Origin: Polymyxa betae A26-41
Lineage: Eukaryota; Protista; Endomyxa: Phytomyxea
NCBI GenBank assembly: GCA_003693705.1
Contig: RBZT01000415.1
Span: forward strand, 148,697 to 212,696
Length of the DNA stretch: 64,000 nucleotides
Direction: 5' to 3'
The notes beneath the pieces were generated by a model, which saw only the letters and a list, made by a program, of their open reading frames with translations, had not been told where the DNA came from and did no database searches. Within the stretch, counting starts at the first letter, position 1, and the number at the start of each line of letters is the position of its first letter. This document shows, piece by piece, positions 1 to 14,100 of this stretch. A program made the translations under genes and the position numbers.

Positions 1-3000
1 CCACCGGATGTCTCAACCTTTTTCGGCACGGTTGATAAGATATTATCTTGATGACCCAGGTGAGGACCGGCACTTCCCCATGTCCACAGTTCTCCTGCTG
101 CGGTGATTGCTGCAGAGTGATCTTGGCCGCCATCTATAGAAACAATTCGTTCGCGTTCAAAATCATGAACAATGCGGCTGGGTAGGAATTCGTGCTGGGA
201 GCTCTTTCCATTGCCCAGTGAGCCTAAATTAAGTTAAAATTCAAAATAAAAAAAACACTTAGAAATAATCTCTTTCACCGTATGTACCTGAATTGTTGCC
301 TCCCCAGCAATAAACTTGGCCACGTTTCGACAGAGCAAGCGAATGATCCCAACCGCATGCGATTTGAACGACAGTCTCATTGCAAAGCGATTGGACGAGT
401 TTAGGAAACAACAGCGCATCATTAGTACCATGGCCACAGACTATTCTGTAAATAAGTAACAGACGTGTACGAAATATTTACGAATATACCTGGCCGGCGC
501 CCCTCATAGCCCGCTCCCCAACTGTAAACACGCCCTTCGTTAGTGAGCGCTAAGGTATGGTCCCAGCCACCAACGATCTGAACGAAGCGGGAAGCCTCTT
601 TGGGGACGGCTACCAGAGTCGGAAATTTCTGCAGAACAGTTTTCTTTCCAATGCCTAGTTGGCCAGCCTAAATAATATTTTTAATATCTTCAGTCCATCA
701 GTTTTCCAGGCTCACATGATTTTTTCCCCAGGCAAAAGTTTCACCCGATGACGATATCGCAAAGGAATGATATCCTCCAGCACCGATGACTTCTATTTTA
801 ACGGATCCTAATCCATTCGCCTCGACCACAATAGGTGAATGACGGTCTGAAATGGTCCCATCGGCGAGTTGTCCATTCGAACCTTAACAAAAGTGCATCA
901 GCCACAACAGCAGAAGAGGAGACGCAGACAACCTTGACCCCAAGACCAGATCCTGCCATTATCTTGTAGAGCCAACGAAAAAGCATTGCCAGCCGCAACT
1001 TGTACGAAATGTTTCGCTTCAAATGCAGCAATCTGTTTGGGGTTAAGCTGAGGAGTAGAATCGCCATGTCCTCTAAACATAGTGAGGTAACAGTCAAATA
1101 GGCTAGACTGACTTACAATCTTCCATGGTCGCCATTGCCAAAACTGAAAACCTCCCCTTGGTGCGTAAGCACCAAGCAATGAGCTCCGAAAGAACTCACT
1201 TGTCGCACAGTTCGGTGTGACAAAAAGGCGACTTTTCTGGGTAGAGGGACAGACAACGTCGATCCTTGTCCTCTGAATTGGAATGAACAATTCACAATTG
1301 AAATCTTTCACAATGCTCACTTACAGTCTGCCTCCATCCCCTTTCCCGAAGGAGAATAAACGATGTTCTTCAATCGCAGCATTTGGATTACGAGAAATGG
1401 AAAATAACGAGTCTATGTTTGTTGGTAAGGAAGCCTTATCTACCTGGAAATTACCGGGAGATATTATCTTGCCATCATTATCCTGAAGCCAACCAAAAAG
1501 CTCAATACCTCCCAGAACCAAGTGCCACGAGCTACTGGAGTTTGGAGCAGTCATCGTCAGGCGAATTCGTCGATAAAAATGTGATGAGTCTATTGAGAAT
1601 GTCGTTTGACATCCGGCTTTGCTCAAGGAGGAATCAGCGAAATGATGCCTCAAACAGATCCAGCTTGAATTGGAGTCAACGTGGCCGGCTGCTGCTGGCT
1701 GACCTTCGATTTTCCAGCTTCGCAGAGCACAGCGATCTGATTTTTTCCAATGTCGCAACGCGTAAGCGCTCAGCTTGACAGAGCGAGGACCGAAATCAAT
1801 TACGACATGTTCGTCTGTAGAGGCTATGGAGCTGAACGATGTTGCTTCAGGAGCCATCGGCAGAAGCATATTCAGAATAGAATGAATGGGATGAGATTGA
1901 GGAAGCTGTGAAGAAGCAGTGATGCAAACTTCTGAGAGCTCATGAGGGTTGGTGTAATGAGATAAACCGAAATTCGTGCCGAGATAATACAGAATGCCTA
2001 AATTATTTGCACTAAACGGTGAAAATTCGCTTTCATTTGAAGATGGATTTTCGAAAAGCGGAACCGGTACCGGGCGCACAAGCCGCTTTCCACCAGCTCG
2101 CTTGCGCTGAAACTTAGTTAGTGCTTGAAAATTAGGTAATCGGGATCTGTTCTTCTTAGATTCAGGTTGCATGATGACTGATAGGCCTAATTGAGCATCG
2201 CTATTTCTATTAAACGAGCACTTGTATGAAACAGAAGAATGTCTTTCAATGTGCAAGATATCATTCTTCTTCAATTCGTATTTGACAGAGCTGACGATAA
2301 AATCGCTGATAGCACGGAACGCACCACTGTCCCAGGCGGTACTTGCCCAGGTATCCTCCTTGAACAAATTCATTAACATTCGAAGTGCATCAACTTTTAG
2401 GCGTAGTAAATGAATTGGATCTCTTGATGCTTCACTGATACCACAGCACATATCCTTGTCACAAATGAACGAGATTAATGCTTGAAGTACAGAATGGCGG
2501 ATATTCAAAAGCGCATCGGCGGCCACTTTGCACCAATCTAAATAGCGAATGCACGATTCCGCCTCGCTTTTAGATATTGTAATAATTTTGCCTTCAGTTA
2601 AGCATACAGATATATGGTCAGGATGGGAGACGTTAGCGATGACACCTGTGAAAACGTTCAACAAGATGGAGTACTTATGAAAGCAAATGACCTGGAGCAA
2701 GTACCAAGCCGTGAATATGAACAAAACACGCTCGGTTTTCTTGGATATGATTTGTGGACCTTCCGAGAAGCGCTAATAGAGACGAAACAAGCTGCACACG
2801 AACATAATGACGATCCAATGCCGAGTCCGAGACAGCGTTCGACGAAAAGTTACTGATAACCTTTTGAGTGATGGATTCACGCCAGATAGGGAGCGTCAGC
2901 AGCTTTTGCAGGACATCAATAATTTCCTCACTTAGCATTATAGAGTTCACATCATCCAAATGCTCATTAGGATTATAAATCTGCAGTAAAGCGAAAAGCT

Positions 3001-6000
3001 GGTCGATCATAATCTTTGCTTCTTTCGAATCTGCATTTACTATATCTGCATGTTGAGATAAGAATGTCCTGAAAATTCTCAAGCAAATTCGCCTGATCGA
3101 ATAAGAGCTTTCAGAAATAAGCTCCGATAAGAGAGCTAGCCAAGGATACTGGAACTGCTGCAAAGCTTTTGCAGCATTTCGTGGAGTGATACATTGCAGA
3201 AGAGATAGAAGAAGTTGCTGTAAACAGTTTCCCGATGATGAATGGCTATGGGATAGCGGGGACTGCTGTAGCAACCTATAGAAAATATCAACAGTTAGCA
3301 AATAGCGAGTTTCTGCACTACCATCGTGATTGAGACAGCTCTGGCTCGAAACAGCAATCAAGCACTGTCAATCTAGTATCAAGCCCAGTGAAACACGCTG
3401 CAAGTCGAACGGGGCAGTTTAAATTGCGAAAAGCAACACCTTGAGAAATGCCATTTCGAAAAAAGGTTATGGTTCGGTTATCGAAATCAAGCACGATCTC
3501 GATTATATCGCCAGAAGCATACGTCTCTCCGTACCGCTGAGAAGCGGATGCATGATATTTGAATCCGGTTGCAGCAACGTAACCCCATCCACCTTGCGAC
3601 CCGCCAATACAGTTGCTGACCAGACTGTCCACTTTAAATGAAAGAGGGACAAGACCGACTACGATTTTCCAGGTATTGAGGGTGTCTCCGCTACGGTCGA
3701 CAAGGACCCTTAACTTGTGTACTCCTGATGCATAGGTCTGTGCAGATCGGACAGCCTGCCAGGTATGGGTTCCTGATTTGTTTGTGATCGTGACTGGACG
3801 ACTGGCGACATCTCCAGAGAACAGAATATCGCTGCTGGTATTTGTCTCCCAAAAGTCCCATGGGTTGATAGAGTGACTTGGAACGTGTTGAGCAAACGAA
3901 ATGCGGTTGGCTTGAAAATCATGAGGACTCGGAACAATGACATTTTTTTGTAGGAAAGGGTACTTTAAAACTCCATACAATTCAATGCCACCTAATGCAA
4001 GATGCCTGAAATCGAGATTAAGTTCCAGTTACGAGATCAATGATATTGGATACCAGCTGTTATTGGAATTTGGCCCTGTCATGTAAATTCTGAACATAGT
4101 ATAGAATTCATTTGCTGACAATGCCCAAGAGTGAGATTGCCCTTTCTGATTTAGCGCAGGATCGTTGCAATGATTCCGTATAACATGCCAAGACTGACCG
4201 TCTATCGAGCCTTGGAGCTGCCAATTCCTCAGAGCCTCTACTTTATATGTTGTGTAATGGCGAAGAGTATAATAATTGGGGCGAATTAGTCTTCCCAGGA
4301 AATCGATAAGAAACCAAGAATTTGCAGTCGGTCTCGAGACGCATCTGCAGGCTGTGCGTCCAACAATGGAACTTGCAGGAGCCGATGTAGTCAGAACACC
4401 AGATGTTCGAACCTATAAATCCGTTAAAGCCAGTTGATAATTGCTCCAAAAGGCAACCTCTATCAGTCCAGAAAGTGCAGGGTTCCGAAAAGTGTCGTGC
4501 CCAGCATTTGTTGCCAGCCAATATATGATTCCGTTTCGATCAAAGTCGTGCTCATAGTGAAACTCATTATTTGAGCTTTGTATCAAAAGCGATGAATTGG
4601 ATTTTTGTGAAGTGTGAATTGTTGCAGGACTCTTTATAATTCTCTAAGCATTAAAACTAAGCAAGAGTATCTTCTATATATTGGACGTACCTGATTGAAT
4701 CCCGAGTCAGAATTCAGTTCATCGAAGTTCTTGCCTTCTTTGCGAATGCGAATCTCGCAAATAAGGGTAGAGGTCATCGCCTTGAGCATTTCATGGCAAA
4801 CTTTGTCATCGGGATTTTGTGATACAATGTATGTGATCTGACTTAGAAACATTCGGAAACATGCCCAATAGAAATATGGATCCTCCGACTGATACGCTGA
4901 CTCCACAGAAAGCCACGTGGTCTCAGGCCCATTTGAGTTACCAAAGCCACAAGAATTGATCACATATCGTAACAAGTTGCAATTACTTAGAGAATAGAAA
5001 TCGCCAGGTTGCAAAAAGAACGAGCACATCGCGAACGGGATGTATTTAGGAATGCAATCTTTTGATAGCAAAAATAAAAGGATTGAGAAATGCTGTTCCT
5101 TCAATTCCTGGTTCGTTTCAAGTGCAGAATGAAAAATTTCTCGACCCTGGCTCTGTAGAGAACCCGAACAATGTAAACTCGCCTCTAATTGTTGCGATTC
5201 GAAGTTCTTGGCGGAGAAATCTGCCAATTGCTTTAAGTGGAAAGATTCATCAGCAAAATCCTTCTCACTGGTTTCAATCGGGTCGGCAGGATTCCCACAA
5301 GGATTGTCTTGCCAACGCTGATCCTCTGAAATTTCTTGGAGGCCAAATTGAATACAATCGATTAGAGTTTTCCTAATTTGGAATTGCGATTGTCCAGAGC
5401 AGTTCTCCAGATTTAATTCTGTCTCTCTGTCGAAATTCAAAGTAATATTGGACATCGAAGCGGCAGAGTTCTCTACGACAGATTTAGGGTCAGAGATCAG
5501 ATGCTTCGCTAGTTGGTAGATCCCAGTCTCTGACTTCAGCGAAAGCAGAATGGTGGAGAAATCTTGATAACAAGCCGACCGAAAACCAGCTAAGCATCGA
5601 CGATGAAGTAGGATTTTCTCCACATCATTAGCAGATATAGTTTCATCTTGACAAAAGGTTACAAGCTGATGAACAACAGCTGGCATTTCTGAACAAATGT
5701 CGGAAATATCCAAGCTCCGCTTCGATTTGACAAAGGTAGAATGTCGCCCATCGAAGACCATTGGATAGAGCTGAAAGAGAAATGAAAGTTTGTCGATATA
5801 CGAATGCAAAAAAGATCCACTTTTTGAATCGTTTTTCCACGATATATCAGATTCAACCTGTCTGTAAAAGCTTATTGCTGACTTGCCAATGCTCTGAAGG
5901 AGTGGTTGGGTACCAATATGATCTGCTTCGGAACAAGCGGACAGAAAACTACCAGTTTCTCTAGAGATTATGTATGAGCGAAAGAGCTCTGTCAGATCAC

Positions 6001-8543
6001 AGTGATAAACGAGAAGGGATAAACAGTAAACGAACACAATATTCTCAGAAAGTTGGAGCAAGTGCCGACATAAAGTTGCATCTTGCAATCTTGACAGTTC
6101 AAATACTGTTTTCTTTAAGGGTTGCCTTTTGATAAATTGAGAGATTAGCCATTCCCGGTTGTCAGCGTCTTTATCGTGATCAACAGGCTCAGTAAGACCT
6201 TTCCTCCTCGGTGTAGTTGATGGTTGACAATCGCTATGCATCCCATAATCAGAAACCAGTCCAGCAGTCAAGATATCAGTATATGGTCTAGGTGGCAAGG
6301 TTGGTAGGTCGAGGTTCAAAACAAGTGCAGTACATCGACCGTATAGCCATAAACTACATTGATAGATATCCTCTAGCCAGCCTAGCATATTTGTGCCAGC
6401 AGAGTTGTTGATGATTATCTTCGACGTTGTCTTAATCAGGAGCCATCCATAGCGTTGACAGATTGCGAAAAGAACATCTAAAATTGGAATGATTGGCTTC
6501 AGTTCAGTCAGAATAGAATTAACGAAATTGAGCCCACTGCTTTCTATCAGAGCAGATAAAGCAGCAAAGCATGGGCGAGCAACTTGACCAATAAATAAAT
6601 CATTCATCGACGAAAGCAATTGGAAAAGTGGCTGCTGATTTGCAGCATCAAAGTTGTTAATCTTCATCCAGATGCATTCCAAGAGGACATTGAGGTTTTT
6701 TAAGACAGCCTTCGAGTAAAGCCCAAGCAGTTCATATCTCGATTCCAGATTTTGCTTTTCGCTGAGGCCTTGTTCAGCTGTGAAGATGAAAAGGGATGTC
6801 TGCAGCCTTTGAAGAATTAACAGCATGCTAGAAGCCTTGGAATAAATATCATGAGACTTTAGAAAAGAGAGGCTTTGCCGTCCAGATATATTTACGAGCT
6901 GAATCAACCCGAAACGATCGTTCTCGTCGAATGTGCCAAATTCTTTGATAAGTTTGCAGATTACGTCAGCAGAAGACGTCTTGGTGATCAAAAATTCAAT
7001 CAATTTACTTTTACCAACGTGCTTGCCATTGACATCAGAAACCAATCGTACTTCGAGAAAGCCGACATCTAGCAAGTCAACAAGACATTGAATCTGCTGG
7101 TTTAATTTTGGACAGAGGAATTCCAGTCCAGCAGACAATGCTTCGGAAGCTTTGTCCATTATAATGAACTGTTTTTGTGACATCAGATCGTTTCCAGCAC
7201 CATTGCGTTCTTTCGGAAACTCTTTCAAAAAGCGCATTAACCATTCTTTCAGTCCATTTATGCATTCATGTTTCATTCCAATTGCATCCATACTTAACTG
7301 AAGCTTGGTCACTTGAGATAGCTGGCCTGTGAGCAATTGCAGAAATGATATTGTCAGATCCATGAGCAAAGGCAATAACATCTCAGGGCAGCTTTTTGGT
7401 GTGAAATACCTGCCACCGGCCATCTCAAGTAACAAACACAAGTTGTGAAAAGTAGATTGCCTGGCTTCAAAGACGAATTCGGAGCTGGAATCGCTCATGC
7501 ATTCGCTCTCGTGAAATGCAGGTAGCAAGAGTAAGCGTTCAAGTTCACTAACAATCAGCTGGACCGCTTCTTCGGCCTTGACATTCTCAGAGGATTCTGC
7601 ATCACTTTCTACATTAGACTCTCGCAGTTGGGATACATGCTGCAGATGAGATGCAGCGCAAGGTGACTGTTGTTGTTCTAAAAATTGTTTGTTAGCTTCA
7701 TTAATAAAATACAGTGGTCAAAATCGAGGGCGACATACCTGGCTCGTGTTTTCTACAGAGTTTATAGTTTTGTAGAAGAGTTATCTCTCGACGAATTCTG
7801 TATACTCCATTTTTGGAATTAAGTATGTCGTCAAGAAGACAGCAAACAACAGACAATACAGCAGATAAAGAGCCTCTTGCAATGGCTAACTGAAGCCCCA
7901 GTTCCGTTACCCGTTCGAAATTTGAGTTTTGTTCTTGAGCAACACCCTGAAAATAATGCAGAAGAGGCTCCATAACCACAGATATGTCGATGTTATCTCT
8001 ACGAGAAGGTAGCGATGGCAGGCTCTTCAATAATTCCTCAGACAAGTTGAGTATTTTGTCGAATAGACATTTATCCGACTTGGCAGAAAGTTGAATCAGC
8101 TTGATTATCAGGTCTGTCATTGACCGAAGCCCAGACTCTGAAGTCTGAATTCTGGGAGATTCGACCTTAAGGACGACAGATTGCATTCCAGTCTGCGATT
8201 CCATCCCTATTATGCTTCTGCCACGAAATGATTGATAAATTCTAGCCATAAGGTAATTACGTCGGTGGATCTCAATTGTTAGTGCATCGTTGAAGGTTTC
8301 TCCTGCAAAGGCAAGTACGTCGCGAATTGCGTTAATGACGATTTCTCTGGCCTCATCTTTGACAATTTTTCTATTAAGACATTCGCTTAAATTTAAGCAG
8401 CGAGGGTTAAGCTGTTTTGTCGTCTCCTGGAAATTCCTAGTATAATGTCGGACAAAATCGGACTGGAACAAGCCCGACGTCGCATCCAACAATATGGGCA
8501 GATCCTGAGCATCGATCAGATCGTTGCTAGCAGCATTGCCCAT
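1..8543 (-). CDS. Giant HERC-like protein, probable E3 ubiquitin ligase (5' part; continues beyond window start); RCC1 repeats, SPRY domain, two HECTD1-type SUN/discoidin-like domains
   Basis: Spliced chain of ORFs 7701-8543, 4634-7528, ~3990-4630, 3318-3980, 2675-3361, 1321-2724, then RCC1 exons. LAIARGSLSAVL resembles the large-HERC N-terminal motif. DFDRNGIIYWLATN...YTLRH...ALRNWQLQGS...LGGIELYG and a second copy GILYYLGTN...YALRH...ALRSWKIEG...LGGIELFG. SPRY: GGWGY...YGETYASGDIIEIVLDFDNRTITFFRNG. RCC1: FSFGKGDGGRL, HCLVLTHQGEVFSFGNGDHGRL. No HECT domain lies inside the window. Confidence 0.8.
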
Positions 8544-8743
8544 CCAAGCAAAGCTGGAAGAAATCTAGAATGAGGGCGGGCGCCAGGTCTGTTACAGAGG
8601 AGACACTCACAGAAACGTTACCAACCTGAGTGATAGAAAAGACCGTTCGATGATTTGACTGGGTCGCTCATTGGAGCAATGTCGTCATGGCTGAGTTAGA
8701 TCGACTGGTCACTTTAACTGCGGTTTATCACCTTCATTGTTTA

Positions 8744-10181
8744 TTAACTGTTTTCGAAGGTGAAAGACAGACGAGGGTTCCTTGGCGTCGACAGTGATTG
8801 ACGCATCGACAGCGATCGGTCCATAATGGAGCTGCCCGGTGCAGCTAAGTGATACGTTGGGTAAGCAGTCGATTTTCGTTTCGGGGAGAGGATTTGGTTG
8901 GACAGCTCGTTTTCGAATATTTCCAGGTCGAGTTTTGATGTGAGCTGCGTAATCCGTTTTTGCTGCATCATAGATGCCAGCCTCACTGCCTTTAGATCCT
9001 CTTTCAGTCCATGTATGACTTGAAAAGGGCCTTGTCTATGAGCGGAGCTAGCAGAAATACTTCTCCAACCAAAAAATGCCTTGATAAGCGTGCTACGATT
9101 GAATATTTTTGTGCACGCTTTGGTTTTGAATGTCTCTATTTCTTGGTTGAGCTTTTCGTAAGACTCTTTCAGATCGGCATGACTTTGCATCAAAGAAGCA
9201 GTTACGCCATTCAATGTATGATATATACGGTGCGAATTGTTTTCGAAAACGTCGTTGAAGTTATTGATTACAAACGATAACAATTTCTGTCAAAAGTGTA
9301 AGCATTCAAGTTTTGATAGAAAAGTTTCAACCTGGCACGAGATTAAATCATCATTATTCCTTAGGTTTCCCAGATTGTTATGCTTGTTGCCAGATTGAAT
9401 AATGATCATCGGCAGCTGACAGATTACAGGTCCCATAACCTATAGCGACTTTCATCATTAAAAATCTTCATTCATTGGAGATGCTTTAACCTCAGCAGTT
9501 TCTCGCGCGACGCCTTGATCATCAGCTCGATGCGATAAAGTCGAAAAGCATCGAACCAGCCGGCGAAGTAAATCAAAATTTGCCCTAGGCAAGGATAAGA
9601 GAATTGACTGAAAACAATTGTTTAGATGATTCTTTGGAAATTAATGAAACCCAAACCTGGATAATCAAAATTCGGTCGAAGTTATCTCTGGAGTCGGAAC
9701 ACAAATGAGACGTGATCGACGGATCCGCCATTGAATTGAACAGTTGGCGTTGCTGTTTACGAGGCAATAGCGGCTCCGGAAGCTCAGTTAAGAATTTGGA
9801 AATGAAACAGGCGCACGTCTCGGGATAGAACAGCTTCGCTTGGATCTCTCCGTTCGGATCTGTAGCTGCTGAAATGAGTTAAATGAAATTGGCGCATTAA
9901 ACTCATACCAAGCGATTCAGCATGCTGGCAAATGTCTTCAAGCTGATCGCAATGGCGGTCAGAAAAACCAGGCTGCAGCGGGTTGGCATCAGACCCGACG
10001 AAATCAATGGGAACACTAAGGAATCGAGGACATTGCTGTTGGTGATTCCAGAATGTTTGAAGGGGTACTCCGAAAATCTTCGATTTCCCTGCATTTCCGC
10101 AAGACGCTTGCCCCTGTCACCTGTTGTCAAGCTTTTGTTGACCGATTGATGTATATTGCTTACGAGTACACAGTTACCCAT
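8744..10181 (-). CDS. RhoGAP-like domain protein with C-terminal coiled coil, N-terminal MGNC acylation motif
   Basis: Exon ATGGGTAACTGTGTACTC, intron gtaagc..tgacag, then GQASCGNAGKSKIFGVPLQTF and later KFLTELPEPLLP. IFGVPL and ELPEPLLP are typical RhoGAP motifs. The last exon is ORF 8744-9283. Confidence 0.55.
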
Positions 10182-10275
10182 CTACTTCGAGAATTTATTA
10201 CAGCTATCCGCTTACTTGTGTTTTGTGGCAAAATTCCGGTACGTTATGGATCGATCGTGCTTGCTGTGTTGTTAT

Positions 10276-11026
10276 TCAATAGTTGGGCGGCGTAGAATTC
10301 GGTCGTTTTAGCCGACGTCGAAGTGGCTCTGTGTGATATCGGTCTGGTAAGCGATTATACACAAGCATCGGTTCATCGATCCATCGTGAGCCGAAAGCGA
10401 ACCGCATAAATCTGGGATTGCAATTGGCTGAATTCTGTGGCATTCTCATCAGTTGGAAAGTTTCACTGATATGCGGATACGACGGGGTAAACAGGCAATC
10501 TGGTAGAGCTACCTGACCTCCAGCGGGAACCCAGCTTGCCTTGATCTGCGGTTTGTCTTTCTGGTCTTCGTTGAATTTGCCATTTGAAAGTTCCATTTCC
10601 AGATCGCTGATATACCGAGCGACGGTAAACCCCTGATTGATCACGTTTATAAACGGAAGTTGGCGGCCTGATTATCCTACCGACTGGACGCTGAGATAGT
10701 GCCAGGGCTCTAGAATTAAATCGTTATTGGAGCCATTGACTGGCTTTGAGGATGCCGTCTGAGCAATAGGGATGGTTGATCGCGGCTTCGTTCTCTCAAC
10801 GACTTTGGAGCCTCTCCATGGAACCACGGGTCTGTTTTCAGGAGTATAATTTTTAAGAGGATGTGGTGGTAATCTGAGAATACAGATTCATGAGCATCAA
10901 TTCTAAATTCAAATTTCGGCTTTACTCGGCATCATGGATGTAAGGAAAATATTTTCTGGCAACGGCTGACGATGCCCGAAACGGCTTTGGGTGGCTCGGG
11001 ATGCGAAGACCAGATTTTGTCTTCAT
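10276..11026 (-). CDS. Hypothetical Pro-rich protein (three exons); may instead be a C-terminal extension of CCDC39
   Basis: MKTKSGLRIPSHPK... joins through two phase-compatible GT-AG introns to ORF 10276-10644. No family recognised. Confidence 0.45.
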
Positions 11027-11124
11027 TGTGACACAAAAAGAAAAAAAATCAGCTATCGCGTGCCATCTTCCATAGCATCAGGAGAAGCTGCAAGCATTGG
11101 CCGAAGGAGACAGTCAAACAGCTA

Positions 11125-14100
11125 TCACGTTGTATTAGCAAACAGATTGATCTTGAATGAAGGGATGATAGATCCGCTTAAAGCGTTGTTGATAGTATCC
11201 ATTGCGGATTGCTTGATGAAAATCAAAACCGATCGAATTTCAGATTCAGGTCGGATATTTGATTCGACCAATTCGCGAACTTTTGCCAACATTGTTTGGA
11301 TCTACATTGTAGTGTCATTTGATTAAACTATACACGTTAAGAGGATCTGCAAACCTTAGCCGTTAACGAAGCGATTCTATCGGTAAGCTCGACATGCCGT
11401 CGATTCTGTGCCGATACTTCAGCGTGGAGGTTTTTGATGTCGTCTTCCATTTCGTGAATTAATCGAATTCTTTCCTCGCAATCGGCTTGCAGCTCTCGCA
11501 AACAGAGTTTCTTCTTTGTCAAGATTCCTGTAAACGGTTTCAAATATTGTGATTACTGAAGACCTCTTGCAGTACCTTCATAAGTCTTCTTTTTTTCTGC
11601 CAACTCAGCCTTTAATGATGCATCAGCACCATTTGGATCTGCTTTCTGGAAACTTTCACGATATATGTTGTTGTGTGTCTAAGTCTCTATTAGGTATTGA
11701 AACAACATTGACAAATAACACACTTTCAGTTCATCTCTCATTCTATACAGCTGTTTCAGTCTCTTTTCTTCTTCTTTTACGGCAGAGTTTAGCATATCGC
11801 CAGTTCTAATAAGCTCCTCCTTCTGTTGAGCTGCTTCGATGATGTACCTTGCCTGAAAAGCTCTATTTTTAATGGGAGATCTCAAACATAGAACCAAGCA
11901 AAATAGTGTCCCTGAGATTTTGTAAATGAATAAGAGGAATAAAATATACCTGTGAATAAGGTTCCTCTCCACTACTGCCACGAAGCTTGCCGGCAATGGC
12001 ATCGTATTTGTTTCGAAGGGTCTCGATTTTCTGCTCCCGTTCTCTCACTTCAAGAGCAACTTTATGGCGCCTTTCTTCTTCAAGCCGAAGCTCACTGCGA
12101 ACGACGCCTTCCTCTAAATCTAATTGCCTTTCTCTAAGCAGCAATTTGAGCCCGGAATTACGAAAATTGACCAAATTACCTTTCTTCCATTTCCAACTTC
12201 AGCTGATTCTTGCGATTTTCTAAGAAATACACCTGATCCACGTGTTTCATCAAACTGTCCCGTAACTGTTGTGCCTCGAACCGCAACATGTCGCATTGTA
12301 AAACGAGGTCGTCTTTTTGGTTCTAATGTCACGCTATAACAAAATGCTCTCATTTTTGTGTTTTCACATTACCTGAGATAGCATTAACTGTCGTTCAGCG
12401 GCTTGATTCTCCAACAAAATCTCGTTAAGCGATTCATTGAGATTGAGAAGTTCAGTGGTCTTTTGAGCGAGTTTCTTTTGGCGATTATCCACAGCTGCTA
12501 AAATTGCTTTCAGATGAGATAACAATGATTTTTCTTGGCTTTTTTCTTGATCCAACTCTTCCGTCAATCTAAAATAAAGATTCAGCAAAAAACGCGCTCA
12601 GCATGCAGCATTACAATACTTGTTGATCTTTCCTGTAAGTTCAATCTTCTCGTTGAAGGTCCGTTTTCCACTGGCACGAACGACCTTTCGCTCCATTTGC
12701 TGCAATTGAAATTCAATTCCATATATGATTTCTTGCTGCTGAATTGATTGCTGGTCTAGCTCCATAATTTGGCTTTGGACGTTACGAAGTGATACTTGGG
12801 CGCCATTGATCAACGCAGCCGTATTCGCTTCTGTTTTGCGAATATCAAACAATTTTTGATTTGACCTAGATATGACAATTTTGAGCACAATTGACGACAT
12901 ACAAAAGCAGAACTAACTTGAACAGCGTTTGCATGAGGGAATGGAGCTGCTTTTCATATGTGGCATTCTGTTCGACTGATTCGTCAAACAGTTTTTGCAC
13001 TTGCTGGCTTTGACCTTCAATATTTCCAGATTTATCAAGCTCGGTTTTTAAACACTCTTTCGCCACAATAACTTTCTGCTCGTGCGCATCAAGCCGGGTA
13101 AGTTTCTCAACCTGAGCTTGCTTATCGGCAGTTAACGCTTGCTGAGTTTGATGAAGAAGTGAGACAGTCTCTTGCAGCTCCCGTTTCCTGGTTTCGGCTT
13201 CGATTTCCAACCGTTGTAAACGAGTTTGCTCCTCCTAAATCAGTTTTGATAAGCTGAGAAATTCGCCGAGGTGGTAACAAACTTGAAGTTGATCACGAGC
13301 TTTCTCCGAGTTTTTTTCGGTGATTTTGATCTCCATTTCAATGGCTTGGTTGTTGGCTCTCTCCTGCTCTAAGATAGTAGTGCCGTCTGTTATCAGCCCT
13401 CTAGTATATCTGATCTCGTTCTTTAAATCTTGCACGGTTACCGCTGCCTGGCAGATGTCTTGGTCTCGTTTGATCAGAAGGTTCTGAGCCTGTTCCCACT
13501 GAGACACAATTTCTTGTCTTTGGAAATGCATCTCCTTGAAATCAATCGCCATTCGGTCTAGTTCGATTTGAACCGAAACGGTCTCCGTTACTTCAAGATC
13601 AAGGGTGCCTTGTAGTTCAAACGCCTCCTGTTTGACATGCAATCAGAGTGAAGAATTCGTTAACAGCAATATGACCTTTGTTAATTGCTCAATTTTCATG
13701 GATGCGTCCCTGATTCGTAAATCGTCTTGCTTTCGATAACGCGCTAATGCGGCAGAATCTTCCTCATTCTGTTTCGTTGCCAAAATCCATTGTTCCAGTT
13801 CCTCTGAACAGCGTTATGAGCGGAATTCCAAATTTCTTTAAATTCAAGCCGTATTTTATGAAAATGCATCTCTTTTGACCACAAGAGGCCAACATTCACA
13901 ATTGGAGTAAAATTACCTTGATTCCAGTTCTTTTGCATCATAAAGCGTTCGATTTTATCGTTTGCCGAGAACAAATCATTTTGCATGGAGTGGATTTTCT
14001 CGTTCGCACTTCTTGTCTCTTTATCCATTTTGCCAATATCTGATCGAAGCCGAGATAGTTCTTGCTCAGCGATGCGTTTCATATGGTCTTCACTCTCAAT

